From Squalus acanthias (taxonomy: Eukaryota): a stretch of 64,000 bases of DNA. Below the pieces are notes generated by a model. That model was not told the origin of the DNA, made no database searches, and saw nothing but the letters and a program-made list of their open reading frames with translations. The stretch is from assembly GCA_030390025.1 (NCBI GenBank), contig CM059430.1:73222001-73286000 (forward strand), given 5' to 3'. A program made the translations under genes and the position numbers. This document shows positions 23,639 to 34,581 of the stretch, piece by piece (within the stretch, counting starts at the first letter, position 1; every line of letters begins with the position of its first letter).

Positions 23639-24414
23639 GGCCCAGATTTTACGGGGCCAATGACGGCGTACGCACAGCATATGCCATCTTAAGCCCTCAG
23701 AATGGCCCCGCGATTTCCCGGATTCCGCATGCGCCGCGCGTGCATGATAACCCAGAACTTGCAATCTATTAAGCTTCACCTTGACCAATCGTCCACATGT
23801 GCCCCAAAAACACTTTTGCTGGCGCAGATTTGGGCTATATGCCCAACAACTGCCCAGTAAATGCCCACAATACCTTTATGCCTGATAAAAGCATGGGTAA
23901 GGCTTGCTTTTACCAGCGTAAGGATTGAAATAAATGTTAAATTAACATTTAAACAGGATTAAAACATACAAAATATTTAATATTACTTTATTAACATTTT
24001 GTCCTGTATTAAAATGTTTCAATTATTTTTTAAAAAATTTAATTTTCATTTTAAAAGCTTAATTAAAGGGCATTTAAATAATTTTGAACAAGGGAATATT
24101 TATTTGTATTAGAGTTTTGTGAATTATTTTTTTATTTTGTGCTTTCTCGTAAGCTTTTGTGGAATGCGTTCATAAATGGAGTCCCCATAAGCTTATGAGG
24201 AATCCCCCTTTCTAATTGGTTGACTTGGCCCTCGTGATCCGAGGGATGCTTCCAAACCGCCTGCGTCCCTGGGATTCGTGGGACTTTACACAGGCGTCTG
24301 CCTTCAGGCACAGGACCCGAAGACTCCGAAGCCCGGGAGCCAGCAGGTAAATGCTTATTTTTTCGGTTTGGAGGCGTACTCTGGAGGTACGCCTCCGATC
24401 GCAAATGTCGGCCC
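23639..24414. mobile_element. Full-length Harbinger-type MITE
   Basis: Ends GGCCCAGATTTT / GCAAATGTCGGCCC; 3-bp TSD AAC/AAC; inverted homolog of 30093-30869. Confidence 0.85.
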
Positions 24415-24436
24415 AACATGCAGGAATCTGACGATT

Positions 24437-24716
24437 GGACCGGATTTTGCGGTCAGTTGCGAACAAACCGCAAGATCCCTTCGTTACACTTACGCTTGGA
24501 ATGGGTAAGCCATAACTTTTTTTCTGGCGTAAATAACCCAACTAAGTTTCCTCCCTTGGGTCTTTCGGCGAGATATAACACAGCGTCTGTCGGAGCAGGA
24601 CAACTCGGACAGCAACTTTCTGATTAGCCGGTGGCCGATAGTTGCTCTCCGATTTACTTTTTAATAGCGCTGTGTGCTGATAGCATCACCATTTTTTTTA
24701 GCGCAAAATCAGGGCC
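24437..24716. mobile_element. Short (280-bp) Harbinger-type MITE
   Basis: TIRs GGACCGGATTTTGCG / CGCAAAATCAGGGCC; flanks ATT/ATA. Confidence 0.7.
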
Positions 24717-25099
24717 ATAAATGTGTTTAGCACTGCTACAGTTACCAATTTCCCATCCATACTCCTATGTTATAAAATCTTTACACATTGTATGAGCTGA
24801 TGGACAGAAATTTCCTTCCAAATGCGCAACACGGAAGTTAGACCTGAAATGTTTCCATTCCCGGGCTGTACCGCCGTTATTTTTACGATCAAATGTAATG
24901 CCAATCTCATTAGAATATTGAAGACCATAAAATGCGAATACAGCAGCCTAAACAATCGGGGCACACGGACATCACCGATCTCACGTCTTATACTCCTTCT
25001 TCAATATGCGAATTAATGTTCCAAACATTTTCCATGAATATTAGGCAACATGGCTAAGCACCTGCAATGGGTGCACTTCATTTTTTAACGTAATTTATA

Positions 25100-27035
25100 C
25101 CTATACCATATAAATGCAGTAATAGAAACAGAAAACAACGTTCAGGTCTCAGTGAGGATAATTTGGAAAAAAGGTATAATATTACGATGAAACACCATAA
25201 AAAATGATATATTTCCTGGTGTGCCTAAAAATCTGATCGCAATATTCGGAGAACCTCTGAGCAAGCGCAATTGCATGAAAATATTGCATAAGTCTTAATA
25301 ATAGTAGGGCCACTATTATGTTCGGAGATACATTCAGATTTAGGGGTCAATGGACAGCCGTATAGATCGAGGAGAGTTGGGCATATTGTATCAAATACAA
25401 AAATGATATAAAGATATTTAAGATAAAAAAGGGGGATAATTGATAAACTAATCAAACTTAAGAGAGGATAAAAATCCTGGCCCAGATGGATTGCATCCAC
25501 GCATATTATAATAAGTTAGGGCAAATATGGCAGGTGCACTATTACTTATATATAACAATGCATTAGAACAGGGAATACTGCAAGGCGACTGGTGGAGAGC
25601 TAAAGTGATTCCTATATTAAAACATGGAAATAGAATAAGTCCCGTGAATTATAGACCAGTTAGCTTAACGCCGGTGGTAGGTAAGAGAGCCGCATATTTT
25701 CTCAAAGCTATCATAGATAAACATATCGAAATTAAAATATAATAGAGTAGGGTTCAAATGGGAGGATTCTGCAGGATCAAACTTATTGAATATTTGAAGC
25801 AGTAACAGCAAGAGTAGACAAGTGTAATGCAGTCGATATAATATATTTGGAGTTTCAAAAAAACATCGATATTGTATCGCATAGTAAACTCATGATTAAG
25901 ATAAGAGCAAGTGGAGTCAGAGGACAGGCAGCACAATCGATAGCAAGCTGGCTACAAAACAGAAAGCAGAGAGTAGGTTTTAATGGTTGTTACTCAGACT
26001 TGCAAATGGTGGGAAGTGGTGTTCCACAGGGATTGCTGATGGGACAAATGTTGTTCACTATTTACATTAATAATTTTGACTCAGAAATCATAAGTTTAAG
26101 TTTAAATTTGCGGACGACACGACATTGGGAAGTGCAGTTCATACAATGGAAGAATATGACAAAATACAGGAAGATAATAATAAGCTTACAGAATAGGCAT
26201 GTAATTTTCAGATGGAATCCAATTTAGATAACTGTGAGGTGGTACAATTTGTTAGGAACAATAGGTAGTCCACATACAGCTAGGATAATAAAAGACTGAA
26301 TGGAGTAGAGGGGCCAAGTAATCTGGGGATACAAATACACAAATCACTAAAAGTAGCGATACATATTAATCAGGCCACATGAAAACAAACCAAGATTGGG
26401 ATTAATTACTAGACAATAGAATTAAAAAGCAGTGAAGTTATGTTAAACTTGTATCGAACCTTGGTTAGATCACCACACTTGCAGTACTGTGCACAGATCT
26501 GGTCTCCATATTATAAAAATGATATAGAGGCACTGGTGAAAGTGAATAAATGATTCACACGAATGGTACCAGAATTGAGAGGATACACTTATCAGGAAAG
26601 GCAGAACAGGCTGGAGCGCTTTCCTCCAGAAGAAATAATGCTGAGGGATAACCTGGTAGAGGTATTTAAGACAATGAAATGGTTTGCTAGGTTAGACGTA
26701 AATAATATGTTTCCAATTGTGGGGAGTCCAAATATTTGGATCATAAATATAAGATATTCACTAAACAATCCAATAGCAAATTTAGAAGAAACGACTTTAT
26801 CCAAAGAGTAGTAAAAATGTGGAATGTGCTACCACAAGGAGCAGTTGATGCAAATAGCATAGATGCATTAAAGGGGACGCTAGATAAGCACATACGGGGG
26901 AAAGTAATAGAAGGATATGCTGATAGGGTTCGATGATTTAGGGTGGGAGGAGACTCCTGTAGAGCATAAACGCTGACTTCGACCAGTTGGGCGGAATGAC
27001 TTGATTCCGTGCTATACATTCGATAGAACTCGATG
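25100..27035 (+). mobile_element. Old CR1 LINE in intron 5
   Basis: NYRPVSLTPVVG, GSGVPQG, VVKMWNVLPQ, CR1 3' UTR. Confidence 0.88.
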
Positions 27036-27334
27036 GAACGTGTGTAACGCAATAACATCCAAATTTCATCAATTTTTTAAACCGCATAATAGGTTCGTGC
27101 CCAGATTACGCGTGTCTCTGCGCGCAATCTTCTAGCAAATGCAAGGCCTCCCGCTGTAATTTGACAGAAACCAGGAAACAATGGCATAAATCTTGTTTAC
27201 ATATATCTTGCAGCTAATTCATCTCTAAGTTCTTTACTTCTTTATCGCAATCTTACCTCGATCCAGAAGGTCATTTGTTGAAGCCCCACTGCAGCTGCTG
27301 ATCGTATAATGTTGACTGATGTTCACGTGTAGTC

Positions 27335-27578
27335 TCCAGGTAGTGTTGCATTGAACCACGTGCCGTGTTTTAGATGAGACGAAAAATCAAGTCTTCATGT
27401 GCTTGATAAAGTGCACGTAAAAAATCCCACGGCAAGATTTCACAAAGAGCAGTGGAGTTCTTTAGGTAAAGGCGGGTATATGGAGTTAGGTCGCTGATCA
27501 ACCAATATCTCTCTGAATGGCGGAACAGGCTCGAGGGGCTAAATGGCCATCTCCTGGTCCTATGTCCCTATGTACCTG
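27335..27578 (+). mobile_element. Deu-SINE fragment followed by a CR1 tail
   Basis: Similar to 41370-41470; then GAATGGCGGAACAGGCTCGAGGGGCTAAATGGCC. Confidence 0.6.
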
Positions 27579-27971
27579 TGTTCATGTGTTGCAGCCATAA
27601 TTGGTTCTTGAGCCAATACCAACACATGTTACTTATTTCATTGTTATTTGCGCGACCATGCTCTGCACAAATTAGATTCCACATTTGCCTAAATAAAAGC
27701 AGCATCTATGTTATAGAATTAATTAATTTCCTATGGAGCACATTTACATATTCCTCTGCCCATCCCCACTTCGCCGACTCAAAGATTAGCTTGTAGCTGC
27801 CAATCTAAACAATCACCTTCCCATTTTGTTGGGGGCCATATTTATTTACGTGATTATCTACGTAAGATTGATTCTTCACTCTAATTGACTTATTTTTCCG
27901 GATTTTAGTTTCAGCAGGGAAGGAATGGCACTGCCCATAGACTATATGGAGGCTTTTGAGTGGCAAATTAC

Positions 27972-28740
27972 GGACCCTGATTTTGTGTTAAGAATAATGG
28001 TGAAATTATCAGCGCTCACCTTTATTATGGAGTAAATCAGACAGCAAATTCTGGAGTTCGCACATGCACAGTTAAACACGAAAATCTGGCAGTTGCTGTC
28101 CGATTTTCCTTCCCCTGTATCTCACCGATACATTCGGCATTGAAATACAAGTGTGAAGTAGCATTAAAACCCACGAGTTAGCCACGAAACAGAGCAGAAC
28201 ATGTTAGCGGTGTTGCATTCAGGTGTAAGTGATTTTTTTACAACGTGATTCATTGCCAAACAACCTGTCTGGTATTGAACATTTACTTTTACATGGGTGG
28301 AGACTCATTCCTTCAGAAGCTAAACGGCTCGGATCATTCGGCCAGCGGTGGAGGAAAGGCGCACGCCGTTCATCACTCTGATAGCTACCCTCAGACTGTT
28401 TGCGTTCTTTTGAGCAGTAACTTGCTTTAATTAGACGTCTGATCCAACATGGCGCCCCGGATCTCTGTCGTGTGCGAGCTGAGCATACAACAGCGTGGCT
28501 CTTCAACCTATCAGTTTGAAGAATCCTCTCTCAGAAACAGTCAATAAACTAGGAAGTATAAACCAGGAAGTAAGAATTAGATTTAATTCAGTGCAAAATC
28601 ATGTACAGAAAGCGAAATAAATAGAGTGAAAAAATGGTGTTATGAGAGAGATACAAGAGACAGAAAGAAAAACTAAAAACTGACATTGCACTTCTTCTTC
28701 TTTTAAAAATTTGCACTAACTTTCAAAATGTTAAAATTTA
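27972..28740. mobile_element. Decayed MITE (second subfamily); right end uncertain
   Basis: Starts GGACCCTGATTTTGTG; 5' arm homologous to 7219-7440. Confidence 0.5.
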
Positions 28741-28974
28741 TGATTCGTTAGGGTACTAAAGTCTTAGCTTTTTCTAATCCATTGAAGTTTCGATATTGTT
28801 CCCTCGTGAGTTGTTGATTGATGAAAGAAATTGTAAATTAAATTAATGCTCTGCAGAAATAAAAACAAGCCACTGACATTATGCTACTTCAATTGTCTAT
28901 TATATGTAAAGGCTTCGTGACTCTTGAAACTCCAGGAAAAGTAACTCAATGAATGCCAAAGATTGACTTTCTAG

Positions 28975-29058
28975 AAAGAACGAGGAGCAGCTGACGATAA
29001 GCTGACGTACACTGCTCTGGATCTGATCGCTTCCAAGAAAACTGCTCAACCTAAATAA
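28975..29058 (+). CDS. IgSF receptor exon 6: ITIM-bearing tail, ends at TAA
   Basis: TTGACTTTCTAG acceptor, phase 0; KERGAADDKLTYTALDLIASKKTAQPK*; ITIM LTYTAL at 29002-29019. Confidence 0.82.
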   Translation, partial: KERGAADDKLTYTALDLIASKKTAQPK

Positions 29059-29219
29059 CAGGAAGAGAGTAAAATATATACAGAGGTACAAATCAGTTCC
29101 GACATAGAAACAACAATCATGCAAATAAGAATAATTTGGTTGAGATGATATTTAGATTTAACGTGACGTAATTTTCCTTTAGCTTTTAAAAAAATATAAA
29201 ACACTCGTTTGTTCCACAG

Positions 29220-29345
29220 ACCAAACATGGCGCCGTTGATAGCAAACTGACTTACGCTGGTACGAATTTTACTGGTTCCAAGAAAACGTCGGAATCTCAA
29301 AAAAAAAAGAATCAAGTCTTGTATACGCAGCGGTGAAGACCAGCA
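29220..29345 (+). pseudogene. Duplicated second Tyr-motif exon, now downstream of the stop and frameshifted
   Basis: TTTGTTCCACAG acceptor; TKHGAVDSKLTYAGTNFTGSKKTSESQKK, then after an A10 run ESSLVYAAVKT in a shifted frame; aligns with exon 6. Confidence 0.75.
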
Positions 29346-29942
29346 TCTTAATTAGACAAACATGGACATGCTGAAAAGTTTCGGGGGATTTAAAAAAAAT
29401 AAACGTAGCTTGTCCATTTTACTGTGTTGCTGCCCTTTCTCCAGGCCTTGCATATCTTCCCAAGTCCTGGAACGAGTTGTTGCCTTCCACCATTCTTTAT
29501 TGGAAACGCTCCTTTCCGGATTCGAACTCACGCACTGTGTGTCAGTCAAAATCACAACTGGCTTCTTTGCAGCTGTCAAACCTGTTACCATCCCCTGTGA
29601 CCTCGCAATGAAGTTTGACATGTTGAATCAGTAAATTATTCTCCACTGTTTTTGTTGAAGTCTGATTCTGTGCTATTCTTTCTGGTGATTCCGCCTCTGC
29701 CATTGGAAAAAGCGATTTAATCTTCTCTATTTCTCTATTTCCCATTCTCATGTTTACGCGCTTTTGTCCTTCTGATGTTTCTTACTGCTTCAATTGTTCG
29801 AGTTATTCTTTTTGTTTAATGTCTTTAATTTCTTAATGGCTCATTCTATTTCCTGACAGGTGAATATTTATTGCAATATATTACCATTCCAGCAATAGTT
29901 CCTCACTTTCCGCTCCAACCCACTCCCCGTTTACCTGCTTAT

Positions 29943-29948
29943 AATAAA
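29943..29948 (+). terminator. Candidate polyadenylation signal of the receptor gene
   Basis: AATAAA followed by GT-rich sequence; an alternative AATAAA lies at 29398-29403. Confidence 0.35.
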
Positions 29949-30092
29949 ATGTTGCTGTGTCATTGTTGCGTGCAGAAGTGGACCAAGTCCCAAGTATTAA
30001 CTATCGGTTCTCACCGCAGTTTCTGACTGGCTTGTGGTTTTTGTTTGATGTTTTAGTGTCGTGACTTAGAAATTGCAATTTTTACAATTATT

Positions 30093-30869
30093 GGACTGGA
30101 AATTGCAATTGGAGTCTTGCCGCCCGTGTACGCCTCCAAAGCGCAAGGAAAGTACGTATTTATCTTGTGTCTGTGGAGCTTCTGACTCTGGCGGTCACGG
30201 GCCTACAGGCATACGCCTGCGTAAACGCCCACGGATCCCTGTGCGCATGTGGCTGGCAAGCGTCCCTGGGATCACGTAGGCCAGGCCAACCAATGAAAAG
30301 GGGAATTCCAATTATGCGTATGATGATTACATGTACGTACGGAATCCCATTAAGCATAATAGAAATCACCGAATAAATAACATTTCACAACACTGAAACA
30401 AAAATAAATGATCACAGGTTCAAAATTAATAAAATACACTTGAATTAAACATTTCAAATAAACATTTAATTTTTTGAAAAATATAAATAAACATATTTTA
30501 AACAGGACAAAAATAACCCAAACTATTTTTAAATGTACGTGAATATTTAAATCATTAACAAAAGTATTTTAACATTTATTTTAAACTTTACACTGGTAAA
30601 AGAAGGCTTTTTACCTGGTTTTATCAGGCGTAAGGGTTTTGTGGGTATTCGCTGGGCAGCAGTTGGGCCAATAGCCCAACTATGCGCCAGTAAATGTGAA
30701 TTTACAGTGGATGCATATGATCTGTCAAGGAGAAACCTGACAGATCGCATGTTCCGACTTTCCACGAATGCACATCACATGCAGAAACTTGGAGCTTGCG
30801 GGACACTCAAAACACTTACGACAGCGTACGCTGTGCGTACGCCATCGTTGGTCCTACAAATTCAGGGCA
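30093..30869. mobile_element. Full-length Harbinger-type MITE
   Basis: GGACTGGAAATTGC start with ATT flank; CAAATTCAGGGC end; inverted homolog of 23639-24414. Confidence 0.82.
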
Positions 30870-31254
30870 ATATTATTATAGCACGGCAAAAGCATTCTGC
30901 CCCTCTGCCTACACAAGGAAATACATGTTAGCCCTTTGTTCCAGCTATAAACTTTCACTGTTAGATTACAATGCCTTCTATTACCTTTCAGTATTATGCT
31001 TGACTACATTACGGGTTAGTATCACGTTTTGTTAACCTTTAGTTTTATTCTGCTGTAAAATTTAGCTTACAAAGCGCAATGGACACGGAAGTGGTTCAGA
31101 TTATAGTCTTCCTATGATCTCTTCAGTTCTCATGTTACAAAGGACATTGGACAAGGATGTAGTGTGCTCGTTCACAACAGATAAGAATCCTCAAGGGAAA
31201 AAAAGGACAAGTCCAAATAAGGGACGTGAGAAAGGCATTGGGTTCTTGTGAAGC

Positions 31255-31358
31255 CAATCCGACGAAGGGTTTCGACCTGAAACGTTAACTCTCTTTCTCT
31301 CTCCACGGATGTTGCCTGGCCTGCTGAGTTTTTCCAGCGTTTTCTGTTGTTATTTCTA
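31255..31358 (+). mobile_element. Solo Penelope pseudo-LTR fragment with degenerate hammerhead
   Basis: CCGACGA-A-GGGT-TTCG-ACCT-GAAACGTT; homologous to 53241-53372. Confidence 0.7.
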
Positions 31359-31526
31359 AAGATATTGAGAGCTGAGCATGGTCAGGTCTTGTCCCCATCC
31401 CTCACAAACTTATTTGGGGTGCATCAGCGGAATTAGTGAGCTGTCTGAAGCATATATAAGGGATGGGTGCTGCTTTGTTTAGTTATAGCGAGCAACATTC
31501 AAGATAAAGTGCGAGGGGAGCCACGT

Positions 31527-34060
31527 TTGCTGATGATACAAAGCTTGATGGGAAAGTAAGCTGTGAGGAGGACACAAAGAGCCTACAAATGGATATAGAC
31601 AGGTTACATGTGTGGGAAATAAGGTGGCAGATGGAGTATAATGTGAGAAAATGTGAGGTTATTCACTTTGGTGGGAAGAATAGAAAAACAGATAATTTTT
31701 TAAATGGTGAGAAACTATTAAATGTTTGTGTTCAGGTAGATTTAGGTTTCTTCGTACAGGAAACACCGAAATTTAGCATGCAAGCACACCAAGCAAATAT
31801 AAATGCAAATGGCATGTTGGCCTTTATTGGAAGTGGTTTGGAGTACAAAAGTAAGGATGTCTTACTTCAATTGTTTAGGGCTTTGAGGAGACCACATCTA
31901 GAGTACTGTGCACAGTTTTGGTCTCCTTATCTGAGAAAAGACATATATGCCTGAGAGGCATTGCAACGAAGGTTCACTAGGTGGGTCACCGGGATGAGAG
32001 AGTTGTCCGATGCAAAGAGATTCAGCAGATTGGATTTATACAATCTGGAGTTTAGAAGATCGAGAGGTAATATCATTGAAACATATTAGATTCTGAGTGG
32101 GATTGACAGGGTAGATGCTGAGAGTGAAGGGCTAATTACAAGTCCGAGCTCTTTCAGACTACCACAGATCAGGCGTATTCCCCAGACGTTTACCTTCAAC
32201 TAAAGTTAGCGGTAGCCGGATCATATAAGACGCTTAATTGGGTCTAAAGGTCAGACTACCTCTCCCTAAAGGAAAGAAACAGTCTAAAGATGTTACCGTC
32301 CTCCGGATAGTACTTTTATAAATTTAATTAGACTGTAAACTTCCGGATATTATGAGGTTCCGGAATACACCCCAGAATTCTGCAACTCCTTTGAGTGTAC
32401 AGAAATTTGAGCTCGCAAGATGATACAGAAATTCTCTGTGAGACCATTCTAAAAATATATAGATTTATTAAAGAACCGACATTTAGTAAACAGCTGCTAT
32501 AGCAATCGCAACTTTGATCGTTCAAAATACAAATAGCGTACATTTCTTATCAGAGATCCTTATTCTCAAATCTTACCTTCGTTACATTTCCACACTTCTA
32601 CTTATTTCTTAATCCAGAATATCCACCAAATCAAATACCTTGATTACCCGAGACTCAAAAGTTAAAAACTTACAGAGAGTGTCTGTGAAGTTGAGAAACG
32701 CTTGTCTTCCCAGCGACTTCTGATTTTCCATTTGAAAAGCTCTTATTTTTAGATCTTTTTTGGGTAGTTTATCCTTTGAAGTTTTCCTGATGATGTAAAT
32801 TAATTGTCTTTATTGATATCTCTGTTGAATGCTTTCTGTCTTTACTGTCAATTTAGCCATGACATGCATAATTATGTCTCTTAGTTAAATGTTTCAAAAA
32901 CCATCATAAACACAATGACAGCAATGGTTTCTGTTTGATGCAATTCTTATCGAAGGTCCCCATTCAATTCCTAATATTGACTTTACTGGTTATTACCAGA
33001 CTTCGTGTCTCCTACAGGCTCCAAGTTTAACACATAAACAACATTACTGCTTGATGCATCCATTGATGTCATTTTCAGAGTATTTCTGTAGGTATATTTT
33101 ACAACTTGTCAATACTTCATCTAGAATGTTCCACACATTTCTTATTTATTTCAATTGGTTTTTATCAGACCTCGGGACTCCATACTTCAAGCTTAACATT
33201 GAAATTATTTGTTCAGCAGGCGTTTCTTTTACTGGATATCTTTTCTTCAAAGCCTTCTGTAGGTATCATATTCACAATATATAAATTCAACACAATTTAA
33301 CTCAGTCTTTACTTGTTTTCGAGCGATCTCAATTGGTTGCATATTTAACCGTGTTTCCTGTCTTACTTGATGTCATATTAAGAAGGCTTATGGTTGTTTA
33401 ATATTCTAAGTTTTTGCTTGCATCAATGTTAGCTTTTAACACTTTAAACTGGGTGAATCCTTTGTGTTGGTTCCAATGTTCAGACATAGAGGAACCTCCA
33501 ATTGTTTGCTTCAATAGGGGCTTTGTCTTTGTCAATATTCCATTTCCATCTCAAAGCTTGTGGTGTTTTACAACTTTGTTTACAACTGATCTTTATCTCA
33601 GAAGCCTATATTTCTGCCTGCAGCCTTGTCTGCGAAGGCTTAGGTCTTTTAAACCCAGTATGTCATTTTTTAATAATTACAGAAATCTGTCCTTAGTATC
33701 TTGTATTTTTCTGAATCCTGGCTAATCCTTCACAAGAGGTTGTTTCCCCTGACTGGCAAGTCTAGAACTAGGTAATACTGTTCAGGATAAGAGGTCGGCC
33801 ATTTAAGACTGAGCTGACGAGAAATTTCTTCAGTCAGAGTGTTGTGAGTCTTTCGAATTCACTACTCAAAGCGGCTGTGGATGCTGAGTCGTTGTGCATA
33901 TTCATCTTGAGTTAGATTGATTTTTTGATTCTAGGGGAATCAAGGGATATGGTGATGGAACTGGAAGTGGTGTTGAAGTCGAAGATCAGCCATGATCTTA
34001 GTGAATGGCGGAGCAGGCTCGAAGGGCCGTATCGCCTACTCCTGCTTCTAATTGTTTTGT
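31527..34060 (+). mobile_element. CR1 LINE 3' part interrupted by a solo LTR
   Basis: FADDTKL...RPHLEYCAQFWSPYL; sequence rejoins as GATGCTG-AGAG-GTTGTTTCCC across 32124/33735. Confidence 0.9.
32125..33734 (-). mobile_element. 1610-bp solo LTR (retroviral/LTR retroelement)
   Basis: TG...CA termini (TGAAGG / CCTTCACA); 4-bp TSD AGAG at 32121-32124 and 33735-33738; clean insertion in a CR1. Strand inferred from AATAAA and a splice donor on the minus strand. Confidence 0.8.
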
Positions 34061-34581
34061 TATTATATAAGTGCTACCTCCAAAAGTAATTGCAAACAAT
34101 TCTGTGTCGAATGTAGAATCACCAAGCCTGTGCAGCATGTTTCTGTAACTGGAATTGAGGAGATAAACGGAAATGAGTTGCTTTTTCAAGCTCTCGAGAA
34201 GGAAAAAGTTAGTTGAAGTTAAAAGGGATAATCATTTTTTTAAAGAGAGGACTGCAGTCTAGTTGATAGCTACCCAATACTCTGTACCGAGCAAGGACAT
34301 TGTTTTGGGAGCAATGAAATTCATCATTGACAGGTCCTGCCGTCCAACAATACTGCGCTTTGCATGTGGGATAAATTGGAAATGAGAAAGCGGAATCAAG
34401 CACAATATAAACGGTTATACTGGAAAATAAAAGTTCGAAGAAGAGGATCGCTAAGGTACTATATTCAAACAAAATGTGCTAATAACTTGGACCAAGTTGG
34501 GAACTTTAATCTATGCTTCCAAGATATTAAGCTATTGGACATTAAAGTTCCTCCAGGGCACAAGTCAACAAATATATCAAT

